DNA of 63,928 nt, filler included, from Octopus bimaculoides (GCF_001194135.2; 5 parts of 5 records of this genome joined end to end with filler, not necessarily neighbours in it), one strand, 5' to 3'; shown: positions 36,696 to 51,084, counted from the first letter of the whole stretch. Notes: generated by a model not told the origin, from the letters alone. Numbers and translations: made by a program.

Positions 36696-38056
36696 AGTAT
36701 CTCAGGGTCACAAGCATTTCATCACCTTAACCTGTATGCTTCACCTGTGTGGGGCAGTGAGGACCGCATTAGCTTTGCCTGCAGAAAAGGGTTCCTTCTG
36801 TGGTCCCTTGTCAACCACAACAACCTTCAACTGGTTTCAGCTGCCATTCCTATCTCTTTAGTAGCTTTCTTCAGTTGTCAGAGTTCCAAACCAATCTTCT
36901 GCAGGAAATAGTGCACTGATGCAACCAGAAAATTGCAGCAGCTGATTTCTGTAGGGAATGAGGCCATATGCCATTCCTTGATAGGGGCCTCATTGACCAA
37001 CTCCTGATATTCATTTTTTTTAGCTACTGAGAAATATTATTCACTGTTAGTATTTACCAATAGGAAAGCTATGAATATGTACAAAAGACTTACACTGACT
37101 GTATAAATTTGAGGCTTCATACCTAGGCAAAGGAATTCTGTCTAGATATCAGGAATCATTTGAAAGTGTTAGAGAAATCGGAGAGGTTATAAACTTGTGT
37201 CTATAACTTTTTGCTGTTGAGTTTCTTCTTCACGGAATCTCTTCTTTCTATAGGCAATATGTGTATAAACAGCACATTTACTCCAATGACATCAGCAGAC
37301 TATCAAACTCTAGTGTTTCAGTATTGTTGTGCCTTTTCAGTGATAGACACTGCTTGAAACTTCAGAGCTAGGTAGGAACAGTTGTACTCATCTAGTTTCA
37401 GAGTTCTGAAGGATGCTATTCCCTGAGGGCTTAGAGCCATGCCAAAACATTATTGGTTGATGGTCTGCTGGTATCATTGAAGCAGGTGTGTTGCTTATAT
37501 TGTCTATAGTGAGAAGCCATTCTCTGAAGATGAAATCCAGCAGCAAAAGCCATGTTCATGTTCTGCTGGAGTGTGTTAAGAACGGATATACATGTGATTG
37601 TAGGTTGCTGTTGTTTAGCTCTGACTCACCATTGACTGAAGGGAACTATGAGCAAAGACATTTCAACCATGACCATCCCATCTTTTATTTCAGACTATGT
37701 GTACCTAAGACTACATTATCAAATGTGTACTTTGTTGTTTCTTTTTTCTTTTCTTAAGAGTATAGAATTTGATTTGAGGTAGATTTGGCTGCTATTCTTA
37801 GCAGTCAGAGAAAACACATACTTAATTCCTCATATTGTTGTTATTGCTGCTGCTCTCTCTTTTCTGGAAAGGTATGAAGGCCACACAATCCCTCTTCCTT
37901 TATAACAAAATCTTTATGTGACTTATTACTTTGATGTTCTTGTTTACCTGATTGCCATTCGTGACTCATTACTTCATGACTTGTGCCCTTTCCTCCTCAG
38001 AAAAAGTAGTAAATAATGTCTGTACACATTGTGTGTGTACGTGTCTGAACCTATGC

Positions 38057-38088
<32 letters not shown>

Positions 38089-38824
38089 GCTTGATCAAAA
38101 GACACAGTCTGTGATGTTAAGAAACTAAATTATTGACCATATGATCATGATATGACCAGAATTGTATGGTGCCTTTAGAGGCATCACATTTAATTTCACA
38201 CAGCCATAAGTAAAAAGGACAAATTCCATGTTTATTGGGTTGCAGTAAGAACACGTGGAAGTGGGTAGAGAAACAGATGTATATATATATATGTGCGTGT
38301 GTGAGAGAGAGAGAGAGAAAGAGATAAAAGAAAGCACCTAGTACATTCTGTAAACTGGTTGATATCAACAAGGGCATCCAGCCATAGAAACCATGGCAAA
38401 ATAGACACTGGAGCTCGATGCAGCTTTACTCCTCACTGGATCATGTCAAACCAAACAACTCATGCTAACATGGAAAACGGATGTTAAATCATGATGAAAC
38501 ATATGCATATGTACAAACACACACACACATATGTATAGAGTGTCTATTTACTTTCAAAATGTGTGTATGTGTATGTTCATATATTTCTCAAAAGCTTTAA
38601 AGTTACTGAACTGGTCTTCTGATTGAAACCGGAACTTCTGTAATGAAATATAAATTTATAGTTTCTGTGAGAAGACACAAGTTTTTAAGATCCATATGGG
38701 ATGTTGTGATACTCATACCTTTCCGAAAAGAAGTTATAGATGAGACTCAAACTGAGGTGTTACAATATAACCACATATATTAATATCTTCAAATTTTGGC
38801 TCACGGTCAGCTGTTTTGAGGGAA

Positions 38825-38965
38825 GGGGATGAGTTGATAACATCATGCCTGATACTTGATTCGTACTTTATTTTATCGATCCCAAAAGAATGAAAGGCAA
38901 AAATTGACCCCTGCAGGATTTGAACTCAAAATGTAAAAAAATCAGAAGAAATCTCATTAAGCATC
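38825..38965 (-). mobile_element. SINE family A copy
   Basis: cccaaaagaatgaaaggcaaaaattgacc..gcaggatttgaactc. Confidence 0.75.
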
Positions 38966-40576
38966 GTTAGTGTGTTGGAGAGACACTTTACAGCATTTCT
39001 TCAGGCTCTTTATATTCCGAGTTCAAATTCTGGCAAGGTCAGCTTTGCCTTTCGTCCTTTTGGGGTTGATGAAATAAAGCACCAGTGAAGTATTGATGAA
39101 TGCATGTTTGCACTCTTGATTGCATGATTGTGGTTTGGATTCCTGGACTGGGCAGTTTTTGTGTTCTTAAGCAAAATACTTCCTTTTCTGTTGCTCCAGT
39201 CCACTCAGCTGTAAATGACTGTGACAGACTGGTGCCCTATTTAGTGAGAATGTTATGATCATGGAAACTGAGTAACTGCCCTGATGAGTCCGGGGTTTGA
39301 TGAATATACTGAAGTACTGGGCTCAATGTAATTGACTTAACCCCTCCCTCTAAACTTTCTGGCCTTGCTCCAAAATTTGAAAGCAATATTAAACACATAT
39401 GTAATAAATGAAATATGTTACTCTTTGTAATGTGGTTGTTGAATGGACAAAACCAGCAAAGTGCTGAGCAGATTGTTTAGTCTTGCTGAAGACACAACCA
39501 CCTCTCTGGTGTTGGTACAACACTAAAATGTACCCAGAGTATTCTGTAAAGTGGTTGGTATTATGAAGGGTACCTAGCTATAGAAAACATGCCAAAATGG
39601 GACATACAAGCAAGCTATGATCCTGACCTTTTAAGACAGGAGTAACATTTAAAAGCTATCTTGATCCATGACAACTCATCGGATCCATGCCAACATGAGA
39701 AAAACAAACATAAAAGTGATGATGATGATGATAAAAGTTATTTGTGTATTTTAATTTTTTTTTTTTTTTAATTCAATCTATATGGTTGTGGTACTATCAT
39801 TTGTAATCCAAATGTGGTAAATTCAACTGGTGCTGCAGGTCTAACACTTATTTACTTACCAGACTTTGTGCCTAATTAACAAATCTCCAATGGCTGATGT
39901 GTGTTGTGTGTAAAACATTTGTGTGCAGTAGGATGAGCTCATGTCTGCAGCAAGGGGCTAGGGGAAGAGAAGTTGTGGGGAAACTGAGGAGGAAATTCTT
40001 TGTTGGGGTTTGAAATCCCTTGGGAAGTAGAATTATATTTTAGGGGTTCAACTGCTGGAAGTTTATTTTATTTAACCCATAAATGTCGACAAAGGTTCAA
40101 ATTACTGTCAGTTTTTATATAAATCTGAAAAAGAAAAAATAAATTTTTTTAAAAAAATTCTTAAATGCTAAAGAAATAAAAATGATTATCAAAACACAAT
40201 GATTAAGCATTGTTGCTATACAGCTATGTGTATCATGTGTGTGTGTGTGTGTATAATGGTGTGTGTATACGTGTGAGTGTACAAATGAAAGAAAAGAGCA
40301 ATTAATGCATCGTGTAGAGTTTATACTTGTAGTGGTGGTGGGATAGTTGGTGGTTCACACTGCACATACTCAGAGTTTCATAGGCAGATATTTTCTCTCT
40401 CTGATCAATCAGTTTTATTGATATTCAGTCAATTAATTATGTGCTTTTGTGTCAATGAAACTCTGAGTATTGAGTAGCAGGGTGAGTTACCAATTGCCCA
40501 TTGGCACATACAAGGTGGGGGTATATATGTGTGTGTATATACACACACTCATGCTAGCTGTTAAAAGGTAATTATA

Positions 40577-40613
<37 letters not shown>

Positions 40614-40939
40614 GGATCTGAATATATGTGTATATATATGCATATGGATGTGTGTGTATATATGTATATTATATATTTTCATATATATATATGGTATTTG
40701 TGCTTGTATATACACACATATATATAGTAATTGTGTATGTATATATATATATGTATAGTGTTTGTGTATGTATATATATATATATATATATATATAAATT
40801 GCGTGTGTTTATATATATATATAAACTTTGTACATATATATAGTAATTGTGTATGTGTGTGTGTATATATATATATATGTATGTATATAGATAGAATTTG
40901 TACATATATATTAATACATGTATTCCAGTGCGTGTGTGT

Positions 40940-41004
<65 letters not shown>

Positions 41005-41361
41005 CACACACATGCGCACGTGTGTGTGTGTGTAGCATTTGTACATATATACATTTGTAGTATTTGTATATATACATATATAGTATATGTGTGTGTATGT
41101 ATACATATATATAATGTGTGTATATATATGTATGCATATACACATATATTGTTTATAGTTTTCTTCTTTAAATTTTGTTTTCCACTTTGGTTGTGTTTGT
41201 GGAATGAAGGTGATATTATAAATGAACGGATTTAACAAACAACTGCTTAATGAAACAACATTCTCTCTGTCTGTCTCCCTCTCTCCCCCTTCTTAAAACT
41301 ATTTGAATAACTGATATATTATGCAATCATTGTGGTGAAATGGTTTCTTTTAATGAGTATT

Positions 41362-41400
<39 letters not shown>

Positions 41401-41474
41401 ATGTGTGCGTGTATATATATATATATATATACATACACACTTATATATGCACACGCATATATATATATATATAT

Positions 41475-41574
41475 NNNNNNNNNNNNNNNNNNNNNNNNNN
41501 NNNNNNNNNNNNNNNNNNTTAATTAATTAANNNNNNNNNNNNNNNNNNNNNNNNNNNNNNNNNNNNNNNNNNNN
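41475..41574. other. Artificial scaffold spacer 44N-TTAATTAATTAA-44N
   Basis: Same structure as 18309-18408. Confidence 0.95.
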
Positions 41575-41591
41575 ATATATATATATATATA

Positions 41592-42132
41592 AATGCGGGA
41601 GGCCGGTTTATCACATTGTGTTCTCGTCTATAAGGGGCTTACATTTATGGCGTATCATCAGCCCACCCCACAAAAAACAACCCTGTTGGGCTAAGGCCTC
41701 TTCTCTTCAAAGCAGATGCGGGGGGGTACCTCTTTACGAAAGTAAACAACAGGCAGTTATCTTCCTTTGCCACTGGCTAACAGCTTCCGACGATAGCAAA
41801 AACCTTCTAAAACGTAAACACGGCCTGAAAATCTCCATTACGGAGTTATGAATGTTCCCTGGGTCGAGAGAGTATTTCGGAATTCTTGCGCTTTCAGCTA
41901 TGCATAACTTGCAACGCTTCGTTCAGTTGATATAGGGGCCTGGGTTTCGGGCATCTTCCATGAGATCGAGTATGGGACACCATCATCGTAACATTGCTCA
42001 TCCCCCTCCAACTCTTTTAATGATGTCTTAGGCCAACAGGTATTTTTGGGGTCTGACGATACGCCATAAGGCTAAGCCCCATATGGACGAGAAAACCAGG
42101 GTAATCCCATAAACCGGCTTCCTTCATTTAAA
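41592..42132 (-). mobile_element. Penelope-like retroelement 3' fragment with ~110-bp inverted termini
   Basis: Minus strand ~41790-41937 reads PYIN*TKRCKLCIAESARIPKYSLDPGNIHNSVMEIFRPCLRFRRFLL, the C.LC..E...I....N...E....C.....LL tail of PLE GIY-YIG proteins. 41592-41705 is an inverted copy of 42020-42132. Confidence 0.75.
42048..42108 (+). ncRNA. Type-I hammerhead-like motif in the inverted arm of the PLE fragment
   Basis: GGGGT-CTGACGA-[T(A)CG CCATA..GGCT A AGCC..TATGG (A)CGA]-GAAA(A)CC AG GGT-A-ATCCC: stem I GGGGT/ATCCC, GUA triplet, one extra A in the core. Confidence 0.5.
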
Positions 42133-42204
42133 TATACACTGCTCTACATCTTAGAGCGTGCTTCTCCGGATTTATGTTTTCTACAAAAGATGACACACAC
42201 ACAC

Positions 42205-42241
<37 letters not shown>

Positions 42242-43527
42242 NNNNNNNNNNNNNNNNNNNNNNNNNNNNNNNNNNNNNNNNNNNNNNNNNNNNNNNNNNN
42301 NNNNNNNNNNNNNNNNNNNNNNNNNNNNNNNNNNNNNNNNNNNNNNNNNNNNNNNNNNNTATATATATATATATATATTTGCATGTATATGTACATATAC
42401 CCACATATATTGTATGTACGTATAAACAACTGACATATACGTATGTTATATTTGCATATGTTTGTCGTTTAAATTATGTTTCCGAAATTCAGTTCCTTCA
42501 AGTTTCTCTGTCTTACTTTTTATGTTCATCTCTCTGGTCATCTTCCTTTCTCTCTTCTGATTTCTTTATGTCTTTCCCTCTCTTTATGTGTTTGCCTCTC
42601 TCTTTCACTCCTTGTTTTATAAATCATTCAACCTTTCCAAATATCTCAATGCATTATATTAGAGGATTCCTGTAATATAATTGTGTGTTCTTTTTTTCTT
42701 TTGTGTTAATAAACTACATAATAAATAGTAACTTAATGTAAGAGTCTCTATAACATACATCCAATTAACTGATAGTCCTTATATCCCTATTTTTGCCAGA
42801 GCGGTTTCAGCTTTGCATTTCAATTAAACCATATGTGTGCTCTTTTTTTTATAAAGTAAGTGATGTGCAATGCTATCAGTTACAAACCGGATTCCATATT
42901 TGTATATTTATTATGTTTGTTTATTGCTTAGAAAACGAAGTTTGAGTCTTGGAAAAAAAAAATACCGCAAAGAATTGTTCTCCTGGTAATGCAATGTAAA
43001 CATCGAAACTCAACCTAATTCCTACAAATAAAATATAAAAGAGATAGAAGAAAGAAACATAAATTATCAATGAAAGCAATACCAACATCGCCTAAAAATT
43101 AGACGTTTTACTTTCACTAATAGAACACGTTGATCAAAGAATAGATAGTTAGTGTATCTTAGTGGTTGATTGAGAGTAATATAGGAGAGAGGAAATAAAT
43201 AGCGCTAAAGTGAAACGAAGTACTGATGTAAAAGGATATAACGATAGTGAGAGGAGATAGATTGAAACAGATAGATGCATGCAGAATAACTGATGGAAAT
43301 AGATCGTTAGGAAGAAACAGTTAAATACAAATGGAGTGATAAAGATCGATTGAAAGAGAAGATAATGAAACATAAACGTTAAGAATGATATAGAAATATA
43401 GAGAGAAATAAAATGATATGGAAAGAGAAATATAGTCAGCGACAGCTAGAGAGAGAAAAGAGAGGGTACAGAATGAAAGAGAATTTGGGAGTGGGCAAAA
43501 GGTCAGATTGATACAATATTAAGAGAT

Positions 43528-43571
<44 letters not shown>

Positions 43572-46500
43572 GGAAATTAAAATATAGTTATAATCATATG
43601 GATAAGCATGGGAGGGGTAAATGCTGTATTCGGTGGTTGTTATGAAGGGCATTCACACATTTAGCTTAATGAATATCAACTTCTGAAATGTATGTCGAAA
43701 CTGCAGAATGATTCACAAAAACGCGTGTTTTCAACTCACTTCTCAGGCCCAATCAGTCTGACAGTGTGTCATGGTTTGGCGTTTGAATAACAACTACAAT
43801 AGGGATGAGAGAGTGTGGGAGTGAGAATAATCGAACCTGGTAGATGAGCAGTAGTAGCATTGAGCACAGCGGGATATGAATATAGGATTTCCCGTGACTA
43901 CCCTCTTGTTATCACTGAGCTGTAAACCAATATATTGATCACTTATAAAAAAATATCACTGCTTTTCGTTCTTTTCTTTTAGACAAAAGAATGCTACGAG
44001 TAAAGGAAGATGAGAGGGCTCTCTTCGGCCACCGTTTGATAACACAGAAAAACGTCACTGAATACACGTAGCCGCGTAATAATAGGAAGAAAAGAAAAAT
44101 AAATTCTTGAAGTATGATTTGAATACTTTCACGAGACAGCAGATAAACAATTGCAACTAAAAAAGCCAGCGTCATACCTTGGTTTTCCCACAGTCATTTA
44201 AAATTTATTCCTCACTCCACAATCATCCCCATCCAGATCTTTGTTATATAACCTCTTTCTTTAGTTTTCTTCTCTTCTTTCTATATATATATATATGTTT
44301 TCTGTTCATCTGTTTTTCCTTTATATTATTTGATCTCATTTATTGACGTTGAAAACCAGTAAAAGTTTAAAATAGGAAGTAATGCACATTCAATTAAAAC
44401 ACTTTGTTTTTTTAACTGGTAGAAATTTTTATCAAATCCGGAATGATAAAAAAGCCAAATTTGAACCCTCATGTGATCTGAACTGAGAGGATGAAAAATC
44501 TTAAGAACTTCATCGTATTTTGGCTTGCGATCTACTTACTGCGTCATCCACCGTATTTTAACAATCCAACAAGTTTTGATTTTCTTAATATGACAAGAGT
44601 GGGCGCCTATAAAATCGGTTCATAAAACATTATCGCTGTTCTCTGCCTTTATTGCTTGATTTCTTCGAAATGCTAAAGTTGATATTAATTCTTATAATAT
44701 AGTTAGACAAGATTAATGCGGATTTTCTTTAAATATATTTTTCTATTAAAGTATTTGTGTACTATTCTGTGTATAAATATGACCGGTAGAGAACGTTAAT
44801 TACAATACATTTTAATTTCGCTAATTAATAATTATCATGTTTCAATCAGCCGATACAAATTAGATGTCATAAGGGTAACAAATGCTTCATAAAGACTCTA
44901 TAATATTGTTAAACGTAGATTGAATACCGAAGAAAGCAAATGTTCATTAAACTTGCTTAATTTCGAAAATGCACTCCATCATTTAATTGCACCTTCAATA
45001 CCAAAGCAAATGATCAAGACTGAGCTATTTTTCAAACAAAGCCAAACAGAAAACGTTTAAATAAGGATTCTCCCAACGATTATTTAGTATTCACCGGATG
45101 CATGAACAAGGTTAATCAGAAAAATAAAATAATAATAACAAATACTAATTTATTTCCGTTCGTATTAATGCATTATACATATTTTGTTACGATTTTACTT
45201 TTATTGTTTGGGCAGCATATCACGAAGAGCAAGAATGAGTGTCTGGTATTTAAATTTGACTTTTACGATATGAATAAAAATTTCATTAGTTTCGCTCTTT
45301 AATTCTCTCAGTCTCCATAAATGAAGGAAATACAAGTCGTGTACGAAGATAACATAAAGACAGTACCTTCTTCCTTGCATCAGTTTCAAAGGATCTGAAA
45401 ATCGTCTAGTGCGCTGCTCGTACATCTCTCTCTTGGCCATTGAAATTTTAGGGGAAAGACACGACAGCACCCTTTCAATTGTTGTTTATAGTCAGGTAAT
45501 ATTACGTCTGATAACTTCAGATAATGAGTACATACAATTAATTCTCGGATTGATTTGCAACTTAAACTCCAATTTGAACTGCAACTACAAAAAGTAGGGC
45601 TATTACAGCTGTCTAAAGATGATTAGCTAGAAGCAGTGTTTCAATTGAGCTGCTCCGTATGTAAGAGAATAACTGCATACAGAGTCACATGTCGGATATC
45701 CAGTAACATTATGACATTTATATATGAAGGTAGAATTGTTACAGTTGTATTCGGGATGTTCATAATATTTATGGTACATGCTTATATTCTCCAACACAGT
45801 TATACGGCAGGTCCGAAATATTGGTTTTAGATAAATATTGTTATCTCAGGTTGGAAGGAGAAAGGAAATAAGAAAGTATGCTGGCAGTCCCTTGCAGTTG
45901 CAAGAATAGAGGCAGAAAATACAAGTTCATCTAGATTTGTGATAAAATCGGAGCTTGTCTAATTAACATGAAATCGAAGCTTGTATATAAAAGATGTGCT
46001 AAAAATGTGCATATTGTTTTTAAAATGTGCAGTACCCACCTAGATGAACTCCGGCAAGAGAACAATTACAACAATATCAACAACGATGCTATGGATATTT
46101 TTGAATATTGCGATCTCATCTGAAAATTAAGGGAGAGTAATGAAAGCAAACGAGAATTTTCGAGAAGAGAAAAGAAAATACTATATTTAACTTCAAAATA
46201 TTCGCAGTAAAACAATTCTGAATAAACAAATACGCTGCATAATAGTTTGCAGTGGAATGCAACGGTTATGTGTTCAAATTAAATATCTATTGAAAATGCT
46301 GCTATATAAATTGATGTGAGATTTATCTCATGTGCAATTGATACTAAATGGCTTCATTCATCTGAATTGGTAAACACTTTGTTTGTACGTTATATACTTT
46401 GAAAAGGTCACTTAAATTTGTTCAATCACAGTTCCAAAGTTGTTCAATCGGTGAGCACATGAGTTAATAAATCAAATCAATTTAGAATATTCCTATTTTC

Positions 46501-48118
46501 AAAAAGTTCTATCATTGATATATTTGTCGAAACATTCAAGGACGTGTATTTATGTGGCAAGTGACACAAAAGAGAAAAAGAATAGTTAACAGGTTAATTT
46601 TCTAAGAGTGAATGTCTCCAGGCATGTGTGAATATGTATGTGTGTCATGTATGCGTTATATGAAGTAAATTGCCAACGGGGATGTTAACAATGCGCTGCA
46701 AGGATGAGATGGATTGTAAAGTTGAAATCAACTGAAAATTTTGAGTGTCATAGTGTCATATAACCATGACGTGTAAATGTTTTTACAACACCATAGAGAG
46801 AAAGTCAAAATTAATGCAGATATGAAATTGCGATTGTTAGGAGATTGATATTTGTCGCCTGAAGATGAAAGGAAAATACTTTAAAATGAAGCTGATCTTA
46901 TTGGATCTAATTGAATGAAATAGTAAAAGAACATGAAAGGAATGCGATATTTTTTTCTAGTTTTTGACTGGACTTTAACATAATGGATGGCCACTATGAA
47001 ACTGGAAGAAAATGTTATTGAATGTTAAAAGGAAAAAAATAGAAAATTATCAAAGAAATTTCAGTGCAATAAATTTTGCATAAAGTAACATTATAGCATA
47101 GCAGTAAGGAAAGAAACAATGTTACAAATAATGGAAAAATGTAATAGTTGTATTCCTCACTAACTGCAAGCAAGTTGTTATCAACAGTTTATCTAAAGGA
47201 AAACGAACGTGCTTTTTGTGCATAATGGACGCTTTTTGACTTATGTATACAAGGTAAATCAAATACTAGCGTGTCTTTACGCTCTTTCGATTTTGCGCAT
47301 GCGCTACAGCATGATAAGTAGTATTACCATCACACGTCATTATCACACATACTGTTAACAAACATAGATATATATAATTTTTAAATAAGTATGTTGTTGA
47401 CAGTGATTTCGAAGTGTGGGTCTGCTAAGCCATCGTCAGAGTGAAAGAAGCTTGTCGTATATATGCTTGTGCGCGCGCGCGTCTGTCTGTCTCTCTCTCT
47501 TTCTGTGTGTCTGTCTGTCTGTATGTCTTTCTGTCTGTCTGTCTGTGTCCGTCTGTGTGTGTGCGCGCGCCTTTGCCTATATGTTTATCTCCCACCGCCG
47601 CTCGACAACTGGTGCTGGTGTGTTTACGTTCACATAACTTACCGGTTCGGCGAAAGTCCGATAAATTAATCGATTCATTCGAGGTGATGTTCTAACAAGG
47701 TTATATACACATGTACATAATTACGTGACCATGTGATTATAAAAAGCAGCTTTCCATTCAAACTTATTATATTAGCAAAAAATGTTTAGTTTGATCTATA
47801 TCTTTGAGAATTTTCCCTATTTCATTATTAGTTTTTTAAAGTTTAATTTGTTTAGCATGAGACAATATCGTTCATATACTTGTTAAATCAGGGTTTGGAT
47901 ACATTCGCATTCCATTTTCAAAAAAAAAGTGACGCCATTAATGCTATTGCAAAGCTTCTAACCAATCGCATATGTTGTAGGGAACAAATTTATAACTGAT
48001 AAAATAATCAACGCCAAGTTTATAAATATGTAACTGTAAATTCCAGGAAAATTTTTCTAGTAGATTTTATTATATATTTTACGTGCGATGTACATTTGCA
48101 TTCAATGTCAGAGTAAAT

Positions 48119-48253
48119 TTTGTTTTTAGTCCAGCATAGTTATTCTTGTTTTTAGTGGAATTACATACGGAGTTAAATATACTTTTGCATATAATTCCTC
48201 AAAAAAAAAAAAAAAAAAAAAAAAAAGAATGACTATGCTGGACTAATAACAAG
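48119..48253. repeat. Short inverted repeat (22-29 bp arms) enclosing a poly(A) run
   Basis: ttagtccagcatagttattctt (48126-48147) vs aagaatgactatgctggactaa (48225-48246), 21/22. Confidence 0.8.
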
Positions 48254-50827
48254 GTAAACACCGCAATTAAATACAAAGATACATCACATATAAAAAATGT
48301 ATTAGTCTCGCTAAATTTACTTTATTAACAGTTTTGAAGGCTGCTCTTTGTTTTTCCAGTTTGCTAATGGGAAAGTGTCATGCATTTGATATTGAATCAT
48401 AAATTATAATTTTTTTTTTTATGCTTGGTGTATAGATATTGGTGATATTGGTTGACTGAAATATATCCTTTATTTTGTCGTTTCGTGTATGTAAACTTTT
48501 TTTTATTGTTCTTCTGTGATTGTAATATATTATAACTATGAATATATTTTAACTATAACATATACATACATACTTGTTCTCGAAGATGTAGAATGGGGTG
48601 GAGTTGTGGTGTCGTGATAGCAGAACGGAACGGATGCGTGTTCGTAGATCAGCAAATAAATTCAGGATCAGCAAATAAATTCATGTATGCATGTATGTAT
48701 GTATACGTGCAAATTTGTATGTTTTGTTTTATGTATGTCTTTTCATGTATCTATGCATATATGTATGCATAGGCACACACAATTTTATGCATTTATCTAT
48801 AAGTTTAATACTTCGATGTTCCTGCATCTGTTTAAATATTACTACTCTACATTTATTAAATTTTCTAGTGAACTCGAACTGCAGATAATGTCCTGATGTA
48901 GACCTTGAGAGTAGATTACCAACTATAAACTTTAAAGTGAAATCTATACATACTTATATATACATGCAAGTATGTATGCGTATGGAGAGATACATAATTG
49001 TAATAATATTTCATAGGAGAACAGAAAGTCTCCGTTTATTTATCGTTATGAACTTCAAATTCCCTATTTTATATAATAGTCTGTGGAAATTCCATATCGC
49101 ATTAATATGTTGCCTGACGATATTTGTAGACATAAAAAAACTGCCCATAATTCAAGAGTATTTTGGTAGAAATTGTGAGATTATGTGTTTGCATAGAGTT
49201 TGATCTCGTCTCTCATCAACCAGAGCACACTGGAGTAATTATCAGCAACCTGAGGGAATTCAATTCACCAGTCTATGTCTACAGTTGATCCACTTGAATA
49301 CCGAATTGGAGACTTTGAATACCTTCCCTTCTATAAATCTTTTTTAAATAGAATTTAACATTTCTGTAATCTCTGCCACTTATTCTTATTTCATTCCTAA
49401 AGTTGATTCCCTACTTGAAAGTATTTTCTTTGCCGTGATGCAGAAAATACTTTTCATTCAATGTCGTATGCATATACTGAAGGCAAGGTTTTAAATAAAT
49501 TGTGGTTGTTTCCATTACAGTATTCATGAATGTTTCTAAGTTTCTCTACATGGAACTGGAGAAGCTTCGTTAATCAATAGCTTTGACTGAGCGTTTACTT
49601 CGAATAGTTGTTCTTGTTTCCTGCATTAATGAATTTGCTCATACCGTATTCAGCGCCAGGATCTAACTTCTCGAGCAATTCACAACCTTTGTTATGCAAA
49701 AGTTATCCAAGTGGTATTCTCGTAAATTATTTTAGCAATCTTATAGCACCACCATTTCTATTCTGTACGTCGATGCATAGTCATTCCATTTAGTTTTTAA
49801 TGCGTAATCAATCATTAAAAAATTAAACGATTTCCTTGTTCTTACGTAGTTATCACATTATATTGGAATTCTTATTTTTCTTTTTTATTCAGTGAAGTAT
49901 TTCTTATCACCGTTTTTTACTTGAATGCGTACAACCTAATTTTGGCTGTCTTTTGTAATTGCTTGACATGTGAGAATCACTACAGACATTATACCCGTAA
50001 ATTTCTCCATGTATAAAGAAATGGTAATTATTGGATTTTCGCAATGTTTTTGCGTCAAAAGATATATCCCTGACGCTTTTACCTTACCAACAATCTAGCT
50101 GATATAATTTTCACTTAGTTCCATATATGCGTTGACGGCTTTAAAATGTTTATGGTATTTGTGAACAATAGAGTACCGTGTGATGATATTCGTTGTCATC
50201 ACATTTCTAAACTATGTTATATAACCAAGAAGTCTCTTTCTCTCCCTTCGCACAAGTTTACACGAAGGAAGAGATAGATGATTAAGAATATATGAATAGG
50301 TATGTGCATGTATGTCTGTTTATATGTGCATCCTTGTGACATTTTCTTTACTTTCTGTTTTCTATATTTATACGTGTATATGTGAGTATTAATATTTTGC
50401 GTGTAATTATATATGCATGCATATATATACATACATATATNNNNNNNNNNNNNNNNNNNNNNNNNNNNNNNNNNNNNNNNNNNNNNNNNNNNNNNNNNNN
50501 NNNNNNNNNNNNNNNNNNNNNNNNNNNNNNNNNNNNNNNNNNNNNNNNNNNNNNNNNNNNNNNNNNNNNNNNNNNNNNNNNNNNNNNNNNNNNNNNNNNN
50601 NNNNNNNNNNNNNNNNNNNNNNNNNNNNNNNNNNNNNNNNNNNNNNNNNNNNNNNNNNNNNNNNNNNNNNNNNNNNNNNNNNNNNNNNNNNNNNNNNNNN
50701 NNNNNNNNNNNNNNNNNNNNNNNNNNNNNNNNNNNNNNNNNNNNNNNNNNNNNNNNNTATATGCGTGACTGTGTTTGTGTGTTGAGAGAGAGAGATGAAT
50801 TGTATCCCCACGCAGTAAAAATATAAG

Positions 50828-51084
50828 GAAAGCATTAACCATAAAATTAAACATGGTCATAGCTTCACACACGCACACACATATAAGAAAATTTGTGTGC
50901 GGGATTGAAAATGCACCTGGATTTCAAAACGTGTAGTTGTGTATTCGAATAAATCTATTACAAAATCTGAAAACGATTACACGTTTTGAGATTTAGGTGC
51001 ATTTTCAATCCCGCACACAAAAATTCTTATATGTGTGTGCGTGTGTGACCCTATGACCATGTTTAATTTTATTGCATTGCTTTC
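50828..51084. repeat. Near-perfect ~110-bp-arm foldback (MITE-like hairpin)
   Basis: taaaattaaacatggtcatag..cacacacgcacacacatataagaaaatttgtgtgcgggattgaaaatgcacct..aaaacgtgta is mirrored after a ~40-bp loop. Confidence 0.88.

Larger units (their letters stand above)
35053..40200 (+). promoter_or_regulatory. Possible 3' UTR with candidate polyA signals (AATAAA at 35585, 40138, 40175)
   Basis: AATAAA hexamers are seen directly; the distal pair is followed by GT-rich sequence. Actual usage is unknown. Confidence 0.3.

Noticed and set aside
45600-50150. AT-rich stretches resembling decayed transposase coding sequence
   Set aside because: I could not recover any diagnostic motif or TIR pair by eye.
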